Shown here piece after piece: positions 36,383 to 44,632 of a stretch of DNA of 64,000 nucleotides (the stretch's first letter is position 1; every line of letters begins with the position of its first letter). A program made the position numbers and the translations under genes. The stretch is from a virus (lineage: Duplodnaviria > Caudoviricetes), in IMG/VR virus record IMGVR_UViG_3300029288_000056, positions 233,329 through 297,328 of that record; one strand, given 5' to 3'. A model generated the notes under the pieces. The model had not been told where the DNA came from. It searched no databases and saw only the letters and a list, made by a program, of their open reading frames with translations.

Positions 36383-37504
36383 TCAAGCTACGCTCATCCC
36401 AACGGATCGCGTTAACGCTTGAAGGGCCTGCCCGGCCCTAAGAATATTTAACGCCGCATTTGCGTCTCGGTTCAGCACTAGTCCGCAGTTCGGGCACTCA
36501 AAAGTTCGCGTGGAAAGCGAAATCTGATACCGCGTTCCACAGACCGAACATGTCTGACTAGTGTTGTGGGGGCGCACTTTGATCAGTTGCCTACCAGCCT
36601 CTTCCGCTTTGTAGCCAAGAAAACCAAAGAATTGTCCCCAAGATGCATCCGCAATGCTTTTTGATAAATGTTTGTTTCGTACCATGTTTTTGATCTGCAA
36701 ATCCTCGACGTAAATCCGTTGATACCGCTCAACATATCGCCGTGAGGTCTTGTGTGTGAAGTCTTTGCGCTGATTTGCTATGCGTTCGTGTGTCTTCGCA
36801 ACTTGAACTCGCGCCTTGTTTCTGCGTTTACTGCCTTTCTTCCGCCGCGAGAGGGTCCGTTGCTGCTTTTTCAGCCTCCGTGCCGACTGCTTTAGGAATC
36901 GGTTGTTTTCAACAACATTCCCATCACTATCATAAATGAAGTTTTCGATCCCAACATCTAAGCCAACTTCACGGTCGGTGGCTGGGTACTGTCTGGGTGG
37001 AACGTTGTCGCACGAAAAAGTAACGTACCATTTTCCAGCCGCACTCTTTCTAACGGTTACGGTCTTGATCTCGCCCAAAATCGGTCGGTGAAGTTTTAAC
37101 TTAAAGGTTCCCAAACGGCTTATGATGAGTTTGTTGCCCTCTAGTTTCCAGCCGGATTGAGTTAAAGTGAGACTATCGTATCTTCCGTAACCTTTAAAAC
37201 GTGGAAAACCAGCACCTCCGATTTTGATACGCCTGAAAAAGCTTTGGTAGGCCAAGTCCACTCTACCAACTACATCTTGTAAAGTTTGAGCTGGGATCAC
37301 CGTAAATTCTGAAAATACTTTTTTAAACAAGGGAAGCTCGTTCTGCTGGTCAAAACGACTTAAAGACTTACGCACACTTTTCCAGACCTTATTTCGTTGT
37401 TCGAGACAGAGATTATACAACTGACGGCAAAGTTCTAACCATCCCAATGCTTTTTCATTGGTTTCTTTAGTGCAAATCGCATAGTATTTATAAGTAAGTC
37501 TCAT
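36383..37504 (-). mobile_element. tnpB: Stand-alone TnpB (IS605-type), no transposase
   Basis: TYKY..CRQLYN, GLDVG, EDL, TSQTCSVCG, CPNCG, NRDANAALNI. Confidence 0.93.
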
Positions 37505-37509
37505 ATCAT

Positions 37510-37551
37510 TTGCCCGCCCTATCGCCGATGATAGAGATAACCTACGGGCAA
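37510..37551 (-). promoter_or_regulatory. Structured 5' leader element (copy 2)
   Basis: TTGCCCG-8nt-CTCTATC-ATCGGC-GATAGGG-CGGGCAA before ATG; covaries with copy 1. Confidence 0.55.
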
Positions 37552-37563
37552 TACTTTACTGGT

Positions 37564-37698
37564 CTAAATATGGTATTTGGCTTCCAAATAGTCCATTTGT
37601 TTCATAAATTTATCATGTTCTATTTGGGCTTGAATGCGTCCAGCAATCATAAAGGTTGCCAATGCCACTAACAACACAACCGCAACAATCTTCCACAT
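37564..37698 (-). CDS. Small membrane-anchored protein
   Basis: MWKIVAVVLLVALATF after AGGAG. Confidence 0.55.
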   Translation of the reverse strand: MWKIVAVVLLVALATFMIAGRIQAQIEHDKFMKQMDYLEAKYHI

Positions 37699-37732
37699 TT
37701 TATTCTCCTTTGTTATGGGATTATACCCCAAT

Positions 37733-38002
37733 TTATTCTTGATTGGCATTATAATGCCCGTTGTCGTCATCTGTATCAACGGAAAATTTTATCTCACAAC
37801 CGCCAACTAAAACAATGATGATTTTATGAGAAATATTTGCATTACAAGTTAGTTTATAATAATAGCCAGAATTGTAAAAGCCATACTTCTCTAATTCTTT
37901 TAACTGGGATTCTGTTTTATCGGTATGTCGTTCAATTGAAATATCAATTTGCTCATCCTCCAATAATTCATTGTTCCCTATTTTAATAATCTTGCCAACC
38001 AT
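37733..38002 (-). CDS. Hypothetical protein
   Basis: 89-aa ORF. Confidence 0.55.
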   Translation of the reverse strand: MVGKIIKIGNNELLEDEQIDISIERHTDKTESQLKELEKYGFYNSGYYYKLTCNANISHKIIIVLVGGCEIKFSVDTDDDNGHYNANQE

Positions 38003-38060
38003 GACTCATATCTCCTTATTGTTTGTTGTTTTTATTTATCTATTTTTTCTGGCAACAAAT

Positions 38061-38435
38061 CTATTCTTGTGGAAAGTGATATAATAAGTTCCCTCGTTTG
38101 GGGAAGTCCCATGATTCTATTTTTAAGCATTCATAATAAAAACCAGTTGTCATTGTATCTCCGCCTAACATTAATGACTCTGATTTATGATACTTTCCAA
38201 CAAATTCAATGTCAATATTCTCTCCTTTTGTAAATTCTTCAGGAAAATGAGTCGCACTTTTTATAATTATAGTGTTGTTTAATTCAAGATATGATTTGCC
38301 CCAATCAAGACTTGTTGATGGGTATTCTCCAATTGAAGTAATAGAACCTTCTAACTTAATTTTTTTAACATCAGAATTGCATCCGCCTAGCATAAACACC
38401 ACCACTAACAACACTGCTATGATTACTTTCCACAT
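38061..38435 (-). CDS. Putative lipoprotein
   Basis: Signal peptide with lipobox LGGC. Confidence 0.6.
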   Translation of the reverse strand: MWKVIIAVLLVVVFMLGGCNSDVKKIKLEGSITSIGEYPSTSLDWGKSYLELNNTIIIKSATHFPEEFTKGENIDIEFVGKYHKSESLMLGGDTMTTGFYYECLKIESWDFPKRGNLLYHFPQE

Positions 38436-38482
38436 CTCAATTCCTTTCTGTTATTGAGCGTTATTGCTCAAAATTGATTCTC

Positions 38483-38854
38483 CTATTCTTGCCAGTTTGC
38501 CAAAGGTTTGTACACTTCAACGACTTCAGGTATAGTAACGACGGATTTGATCCATTCCCAAAGGTGCCTAAATACGATCGGTCTCAAGGCTTTGAGTTTA
38601 CTGTTAAAACCGTCGCCGCGTTTGCCAATTATAATGAGGGTCGGTATGTAGTTATTATGGACATCGTGGTCAATATGCAATTCAAAGGACTCGTCCTTTA
38701 GGCCAGTGGTAAATAGTCCTTGGATGTCCTTATCAATTTTGTCGCGATGTTCGTCAAAATCGGCGAAATTAAAGATCTTAGGAAGACGCATCATAATGTC
38801 GGTAGTCGCGTCCCCACTCACGTTCCATCCTAAATTCTTGGCAATCTGTGTCAA
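38483..38854 (-). CDS. Hypothetical protein
   Basis: 123-aa ORF. Confidence 0.6.
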   Translation of the reverse strand: MTQIAKNLGWNVSGDATTDIMMRLPKIFNFADFDEHRDKIDKDIQGLFTTGLKDESFELHIDHDVHNNYIPTLIIIGKRGDGFNSKLKALRPIVFRHLWEWIKSVVTIPEVVEVYKPLANWQE

Positions 38855-39369
38855 TTTTTCTCCCTTGGTATTTGTGCATATTCCTTAGCGTCGCATGTTG
38901 AACAAGTTCCAGGCAGCCCTTGACATAACCCAGTTTTAGGCCAAGACATTCTAGGTGCGTAATCTATCCACTCTTCACAGTTGGGGCACCACCAGATACT
39001 TCTCGACTCGTTTATGGTCCTCTTCAGTGCCTCAAGTTCACGTTCCAACTTCACTGCCTTTTTACCGTATTCGAATCCACTTTGGTAATCATATTCTAAA
39101 TACGCAAGGCATCTGTCGGGATTACGAAAGTACTCGGAACCCTGTGGCGTCAGTAGTTCAAGGCGATAACAAATATTATCATATTCGCGCGACAGGTCTT
39201 TGGGGTAGGTCTTTTCGTACAAACGATCAACTTGCTCATATACATGAATCGTATGTAAGGCTCTACCGAGATGCTCCGCTTGAGCTTCAACCTGCTCCTC
39301 TAACTTGAGGATCTTCTGATTAGCCGCAGCAAGCTCTAGTAGGGTCTCTGCTAATTTGTCGTCAGCCAT
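38851..39369 (-). CDS. Coiled-coil protein with C-terminal Zn finger
   Basis: 172-aa ORF, CPNC...CSTC. Confidence 0.6.
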   Translation of the reverse strand: MADDKLAETLLELAAANQKILKLEEQVEAQAEHLGRALHTIHVYEQVDRLYEKTYPKDLSREYDNICYRLELLTPQGSEYFRNPDRCLAYLEYDYQSGFEYGKKAVKLERELEALKRTINESRSIWWCPNCEEWIDYAPRMSWPKTGLCQGLPGTCSTCDAKEYAQIPREKN

Positions 39370-39890
39370 ATCTATCCTTTCAAATGGGCAATGCCTTGTG
39401 GCTGTTTCATAAACAGGGCGTGATGCTCGTCACAATATGACTCGTTTCCACAATGCCAACACCACCATTTATTCTGGGTGTTCATTTCTTTTCCTTAGAC
39501 CAAGAGTGCGGCGCGAAATTCGCCCGCATCTTATCTCTGTTTTCGGGGCAATGGCAGTAGGGATTGTCGCCCACATAGGTGACCGGGACCAAGTACCCGC
39601 CGCACTTAGGACAACGTGTGCTATCCCCGTGCCTATCCTTCTTTACAATCTTATCATACAATTCCTGAGCTACCTTTTCATCGAACCCCTCGTGATCACA
39701 TTTCGAGCACATTATCTCTCCTCTATCCAAAAGAAAATAGTGAACACCAGTACCATAAAGGTACCGGCGCTAATGAAAAATCCAAGTGGAGTTACCTGAA
39801 CATACAGACAAAGCAGCGTTGCCAAGGTGATGACGAGAGCACTCGCTACCACAAAGGCCAACGCCTTCAGAAAAGATCTGGTTAAACGTT

Positions 39891-40385
39891 TCATTTATCC
39901 TCCGCATCCTTCTCTCTTATGACGTTAATTTCCAAAACAATCTTGTCATCTTTTCTGTCCTTATCCTTGCCGGAAATTATCAGCTCAAGTGGTCCAAAGA
40001 GTAACCATCCGTATTTCTTCTGCCATCTAAAATTTTTGAATGAAAATCTATCAACGTTACTTAAGTAACTGGTGGCACTATGACTACGATAAACCTTTCG
40101 AAGTATTATCCTCTCCGCTTCTCCGTCATTTAAATAAATTCTTTCATCTTTGTTTATTCTTCCTTTAGACTCTATTTCCTTTTCTTTATCTATTCTTTCT
40201 TGTATCAATTTATAGAGCAGTCCTATCGCTCTTATAGTATCACTAACTGAACCATTTTTTAATCCCAGAGTAACGTCGCAGTATTTTTTATCAGAACACA
40301 CAGAACAGTGATCCTTACAATAGCGTTCTATGTCTAGTAATATATACACTAGCTGCACCCGCATCTTATCCCAAGTTATGTCCAT
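39891..40385 (-). CDS. Hypothetical protein
   Basis: 164-aa ORF. Confidence 0.6.
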   Translation of the reverse strand: MDITWDKMRVQLVYILLDIERYCKDHCSVCSDKKYCDVTLGLKNGSVSDTIRAIGLLYKLIQERIDKEKEIESKGRINKDERIYLNDGEAERIILRKVYRSHSATSYLSNVDRFSFKNFRWQKKYGWLLFGPLELIISGKDKDRKDDKIVLEINVIREKDAEDK

Positions 40386-40614
40386 TTTTCCCCTTTTGTT
40401 CAGCGATATTTATCTCTAAATATTTTGTAAAGCAAACTGTTGACATTGAGAGATTAAAAGTATCCGTCGCTATAAATCTAGCGTATGGCCGCAGTCTCTC
40501 TGGAAGAGTCATAATAGCCTCCAAGACTTTTGCGGCACATTCGTCAAGAATCGGGCTAATTGCTCTACTAATTTCACACCAATCTTCAAATGGTGGATTC
40601 CAAGGTGCGTCCAT
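40366..40614 (-). CDS. Hypothetical protein
   Basis: 82-aa ORF, GGAGG RBS. Confidence 0.6.
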   Translation of the reverse strand: MDAPWNPPFEDWCEISRAISPILDECAAKVLEAIMTLPERLRPYARFIATDTFNLSMSTVCFTKYLEINIAEQKGKNGHNLG

Positions 40615-40905
40615 TTATCCTCCGTTTGCAATTTCAGCTAACTGTCTCCAATATTTCCTAATCTTTTTGTGCACTAAAGGTATTTGAGTCTCGGTAAGCT
40701 TACCGTATCTCATTAAACCTTTGGCACAGGACGTTAGGAACTCGGCGTCAAAAGCTGAGAATCCAACCGTGTTTCTCTCCTCAGTCCTCTCACAACTCTG
40801 TTCCGCGAAGGTTTGTCGGCTGTAAATCACCAATAAAGCCCGCTCAACAGCTTTGTTGCTGTTATCAAGCAGGTTTTGAATTGACTCTTTATCCCATTTT
40901 CTCAT
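40615..40905 (-). CDS. Hypothetical protein
   Basis: MRKWDKE start, GGAGG RBS, promoter 40945-40950. Confidence 0.7.
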   Translation of the reverse strand: MRKWDKESIQNLLDNSNKAVERALLVIYSRQTFAEQSCERTEERNTVGFSAFDAEFLTSCAKGLMRYGKLTETQIPLVHKKIRKYWRQLAEIANGG

Positions 40906-41321
40906 CTCAACCTCCAACAACATTCTATCACACTTCACCTAAAAAGTCAAGCAAAAAATTAACCACCCTACTCAGAGCGGTTTTTTGAATCAATTTCCAA
41001 CTTCTGCAAGATCCCGATAAACTCTTCAAGACTAGTGTTAGCCGCGTAGGTTAACTCCATCCCTTGCATCTTGATCTTTAGCTGACCACTAACGTGTATG
41101 GGTTCTTTCGTGGTGTCGATCTTCACTGCGTCTCCTTGGTATAAGCAACGATATGCCCGCTAGTATTTCCACAAGTTACATACCTGTCTTCCAAGTCGTG
41201 TCCCATTAACGCGCACTGTGTTCCACAAAGAAACATTGTGGGTGAAAACGGGCAGCGCTTAGCTATTCCGGTTGCGGGATCAACGACAAATTCTCCGTGC
41301 AAAATATTTTCCATACTCCCC

Positions 41322-41777
41322 CTATTGAATGTTAATGTAGTCCACCGACGGATCTGGGGTGTTCCAAATACCCCATGTCCATGGTGAAGAATTCCAAAAG
41401 CGGTTTCCCCTCAACTCTTCATTATATCGGTTAATCTCGTCAATGTATCGCGAGATCAGCTCTGACGCCTTCTTAGACTGCTCCACGCGGGTTAGGTCTA
41501 TAAAACCTACCGGTGCCAAGTCCTTAGTGGCTTGCGCATTGTAGGTTTCTATAAACTTAACGTAGTTTGGCGCAGTGTTGTTGTAAAAAGCCGTCAGATG
41601 TATGGTGCTGTTGTAGCTACCGACGGCGTTGAACAGAACAACTACTAGCAGGATCGCAAATAGGAAAAAGAAAAACATAGCGACGCCTCCGCCGTCTTGA
41701 TTCCACCCTTCTTGCATAGCGGCTACAGCTATCATAATGAAAAACACGAAAAACAAAATCGTTCCAATTAAAAGCAT
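41322..41777 (-). CDS. Membrane protein
   Basis: Two N-terminal TM helices. Confidence 0.65.
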   Translation of the reverse strand: MLLIGTILFFVFFIMIAVAAMQEGWNQDGGGVAMFFFFLFAILLVVVLFNAVGSYNSTIHLTAFYNNTAPNYVKFIETYNAQATKDLAPVGFIDLTRVEQSKKASELISRYIDEINRYNEELRGNRFWNSSPWTWGIWNTPDPSVDYINIQ

Positions 41778-41796
41778 GTTATCTCCTTTGATGCGC

Positions 41797-41928
41797 AGGG
41801 GGAGGATTCGAACCGCGGGCTACGAACCCCGTTATATCCTTCTCCGATACTTGGCTATGCTTTCTTCTATCGTAGTTTAGAAGTCCATATAGCTGCTACC
41901 GGTGTTTTACCTAATAAACTACTCTCCC
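41797..41928 (-). ncRNA. tRNA-like RNA with expanded anticodon and T arms
   Basis: GGGAGAG-TA-GTTT-ATTAGGTA-AAAC D arm; CCGGTA/TATCGG stem enclosing nested GCTAT/ATAGC and CTTCTA/TAGAAG; GGTTCGAATCC before CTCCCCC. Confidence 0.6.
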
Positions 41929-41934
41929 ACGTAT

Positions 41935-42017
41935 TGGGCCGGGGAGGATTTGAACCTCCGTACCCGGAAGGGATCAGATTTACAGTCTGACGCCTTTAAC
42001 CACTCGGCCACCGACCC
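41935..42017 (-). tRNA. tRNA-Tyr(GTA)
   Basis: GGGTCGG/CCGGCCC, arm TCAGA-CTGTAAA-TCTGA, long variable arm. Confidence 0.96.
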
Positions 42018-42032
42018 ATTTTAAAACAATAC

Positions 42033-42159
42033 TAGAGAACAGAAATTGTGAGTACGTTTATGCGTTCTATCTGTTGAACTACCGCCCTTGTGGGGCGGGG
42101 GAGATTCGCACTCCCAGCTCATCCTTGAAATGGAATGTAAACCCACGAGCATTTCTCTA
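42033..42159 (-). ncRNA. YrlA-type Y RNA Y6 with permuted tRNA-like domain (orphan copy)
   Basis: TAGAGAA/TTCTCTA; ATGCTCGTGGGTTTACATT; T arm GGGAG-TGCGAAT-CTCCC, acceptor CCGCCC/GGGCGG, D arm GTTC-AACAGATA-GAAC. Confidence 0.85.
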
Positions 42160-42199
42160 ATACTTACCCTCGGCCACCTAGGACTACCTAGGATTTTAG

Positions 42200-42345
42200 A
42201 ATATCTGGCAAGGATTCAAACCTTGCATGTGGCCTCGTTTTATGGAATTACGCTTTGCTTGTGCACTCATAAAGCGGTCCCTCCAATGGATACTAGTTCC
42301 ACATCATCCTCGTCGATCGCGTCTACTCTTTCCGCCACAGACATT
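42200..42345 (-). ncRNA. tRNA-scaffold RNA A (long acceptor stem, 6-bp T stem, large insert)
   Basis: AATGTCTG/CAGATATT; TG-GCG-GAAAGAGTAGA-CGC; GCAAGG-TTTGAAT-CCTTGC. Confidence 0.75.
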
Positions 42346-42346
42346 C

Positions 42347-42583
42347 TAAGAACAGGATAGGATTTACACCTATCATGGTTTATCCTTTTTCCGATATTTC
42401 CGCACTGGCTTTATAACGAAGCTCTCACCTCTTGCCGTGCCACTTTAGGGACTTTATTGGTTGTCATCCAACTGCACCCTCGACGGTCTCTTGCCTTGGT
42501 TTAACTGTCGCCAAAGCTCAGGACATAACCTTCAACCACTGATGTAAGTTTTCTAGCGTCTACATATTCCGCCACTGCTCTTA
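42347..42583 (-). ncRNA. tRNA-scaffold RNA B
   Basis: TAAGAGCAG/CTGTTCTTA; TG-GCG-GAATATGTAGA-CGC; GATAGG-TGTAAAT-CCTATC. Confidence 0.75.
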
Positions 42584-42584
42584 A

Positions 42585-42675
42585 TTGTTGGGTAGATTGA
42601 GACCACGCGGATTGCTAAGCCGCAACTTATCTCAATTTTTAGGCTTAGCATGCCTTATGGCAATCTGCCCAATAA
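42585..42675. ncRNA. Structured element with 15-bp closing stem
   Basis: TTGTTGGGTAGATTG/CAATCTGCCCAATAA; inner hairpins with complementary segments. Confidence 0.45.
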
Positions 42676-42736
42676 GTTCTATAATCGCGTGGTACTGACC
42701 AGTCAGACGGGCTTTACCCATAACCACGCGTTTATC

Positions 42737-42890
42737 TCTGTTTGGTAAGGATTCAAACCTTACACGCTACCTCTCCAAGTACACGCATTGTCGGAAACCA
42801 TTGGAGCAACTTTGGGGTTGACTTGATAGCGCTCTTAGTGTAGCCTCAACCATCTACACCAGCTGCATTACTCTTTCTGCCACAAACAGA
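42737..42890 (-). ncRNA. tRNA-scaffold RNA C
   Basis: TCTGTTTG/CAAACAGA; TG-GCA-GAAAGAGTAA-TGC; GTAAGG-TTTGAAT-CCTTAC. Confidence 0.75.
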
Positions 42891-42902
42891 TGTCAAAGAA
42901 CT
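42891..42902 (-). promoter_or_regulatory. boxA-like antitermination element
   Basis: AGTTCTTTGACA between promoter (42932-42937) and first RNA. Confidence 0.6.
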
Positions 42903-42947
42903 GATTATATCCTAACACACTTTCCGTAGAAAGTCAAGCGAAAAATT

Positions 42948-43274
42948 GAGAGAAGGAAGGAATCGAACCTTCGTTTAGCTTTTATTGATTAGCAGGGTTA
43001 CAATTTCAATTGGCTAATCAACTTCCAATGAGGACTAGCTGTTTCCCCTTTATTGTTCGTCTAATATGTGGCATCTCCCGAAGAAAGAACTGTTTCGTGA
43101 ATCTCTGCAGAGATCCCTATCGTCCCGCTGTCCACACTTTCAGATCTTGTAGACCCCATGCAATCCGTCCGTGATTCCAGATCGAAGGAGCGACCTTCCT
43201 TGCCAGATCGATTTTCCCCCTTAGGTGCCCCAACCCACATTAGATATAGCGGCTTCCATTTCGCCACATCTCTC
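42948..43274 (-). ncRNA. tRNA-scaffold RNA D (327 nt)
   Basis: GAGAGATG/CTTCTCTC; TG-GCG-AAATGGAAGC-CGC; GAAGG-TTCGATT-CCTTC; structured ~280-nt insert. Confidence 0.65.
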
Positions 43275-43332
43275 TTATAACGGTGACATAACTTTATACA
43301 TGATCAGTCTTTATACTCTATGCCACCGTTTA

Positions 43333-43344
43333 TTTCAAAGAACG
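43333..43344 (-). promoter_or_regulatory. boxA-like antitermination element
   Basis: CGTTCTTTGAAA just downstream of promoter 43377-43382. Confidence 0.55.
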
Positions 43345-43395
43345 ATTTTATACATCGTAACATACTTCTGTGGAAAAGTCAAGCGTTATTTCATG

Positions 43396-43475
43396 TGGTC
43401 GGGAGGGGCTTCGAACCCTCATTTCATTTCCCCTATGATATTGGAAATGCGTTCTGCCAATTGAACTACCCTCTC
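43396..43475 (-). pseudogene. Degenerate tRNA-like element
   Basis: Good D arm GTTC-AATTGGCA-GAAC and GGTTCGAA T loop; 7-bp anticodon stem with 11-nt loop; poorly paired acceptor. Confidence 0.5.
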
Positions 43476-43480
43476 GTGTT

Positions 43481-43681
43481 TTAAATCTCTAAATCTTCGT
43501 CATCTAGATCGTCTTGGATCTTAAAGCCCAAACTGTTCAGGTATTCACACAATGCGTTAAGCTTAACGGAACACTGCCCACATTCGGAGATACCTTTGCA
43601 ATATGTTGCGCGGAACTTTCTACAACCGAGAATTACTGATTCTAATTCTTCAGCAGAAAGCACATCTTCATGAATCGCCAT
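43481..43681 (-). CDS. Small Cys-rich protein (similar to 46180-46440)
   Basis: C..C...C.....LC..L..LGF pattern; promoter upstream. Confidence 0.6.
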   Translation of the reverse strand: MAIHEDVLSAEELESVILGCRKFRATYCKGISECGQCSVKLNALCEYLNSLGFKIQDDLDDEDLEI

Positions 43682-43878
43682 TTTTATCCTCCTACTAATA
43701 CCGTAACATAGCTCAATCTAAAAGTCAAGCGTTTTTTCTCAACCTTCTCCGTATCAAAATACTGTTGACCCTCTGTATGATTTTCAATACAATCATCCCG
43801 CCTATGATCAACCAGCACAGCACTACAGGAAGGTCTGGTCTCATTTCTTGTCCCATTTCCCGAGTACGGCTTCCCAAA

Positions 43879-44193
43879 TCAATGTAGTCTCTCCCATTCC
43901 TTAGCTGCGTAGATCCATTTTAAACCGTCCGTAAAGTAGGCAATATCGGAATAGATTTCCGCGTCCTCATCGGTGCAAATGTCTATCTTCTCAAACAACG
44001 ACCCTTGGTTGATGAGCTTAACTTCCCACACACCCATTCCCGCCTTGCCGTACTTTACTTCTAGGAGAGTACCGTCGGAACACATCAAAAGAGCGCCCTG
44101 CTCCTTGTCGTCGGTTCCAATGTAATCCATCTCTCCGCTGACGTCGCCTTCAGATTCAATAAGGTCGTCGGAGCATCCGTAAATCTTTGTCAT
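43879..44193 (-). CDS. Hypothetical protein
   Basis: MTKIYGCSDDLIE phage-type N-terminus. Confidence 0.65.
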   Translation of the reverse strand: MTKIYGCSDDLIESEGDVSGEMDYIGTDDKEQGALLMCSDGTLLEVKYGKAGMGVWEVKLINQGSLFEKIDICTDEDAEIYSDIAYFTDGLKWIYAAKEWERLH

Positions 44194-44632
44194 GATCTTC
44201 CCTTTCTGGTTTACCCATCGTGTCTAGACTAATAACTCTCACTATTGCTCTAAAAATCTTTCTTAATGTGTGTTTCTTGGGTTTTGGCGGCTCGTACTCA
44301 GCATCATTAGTGTAGGTATGGCCCCAGCCATATCCCCACTGATAACCTATCTGACTATAATAGAATTCCGACCACACCTCAGATTCGCCTATAATAAATC
44401 CGCCAAATACACTCTCAAACATCGGTTTAACTTCCTTAACATCTTCAACCCTGTTAATCCTTAACGGGTTGAAAAACAGGTCGTATCTCGGCAGTATAAC
44501 TTCCCGTCGCTTCATGTTCCAAAATGGCGGATGCTCCGAGACCTTAACGTACTCAAAGTCTTTGCCGGGAGGATTGTCAAAAACAAACCGTACTCCGTAG
44601 ATGATCTGACCATCCTTATACTCTATTAGCAT
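44156..44632 (-). CDS. Hypothetical protein
   Basis: 158-aa ORF. Confidence 0.6.
   Translation of the reverse strand: MLIEYKDGQIIYGVRFVFDNPPGKDFEYVKVSEHPPFWNMKRREVILPRYDLFFNPLRINRVEDVKEVKPMFESVFGGFIIGESEVWSEFYYSQIGYQWGYGWGHTYTNDAEYEPPKPKKHTLRKIFRAIVRVISLDTMGKPEREDHDKDLRMLRRPY

Noticed and set aside
42948-43274. tmRNA or group I intron-containing tRNA
   Set aside because: No Ala acceptor identity or tag peptide, D arm retained, and no group I core motifs recognised by eye; a formal CM scan is still needed.
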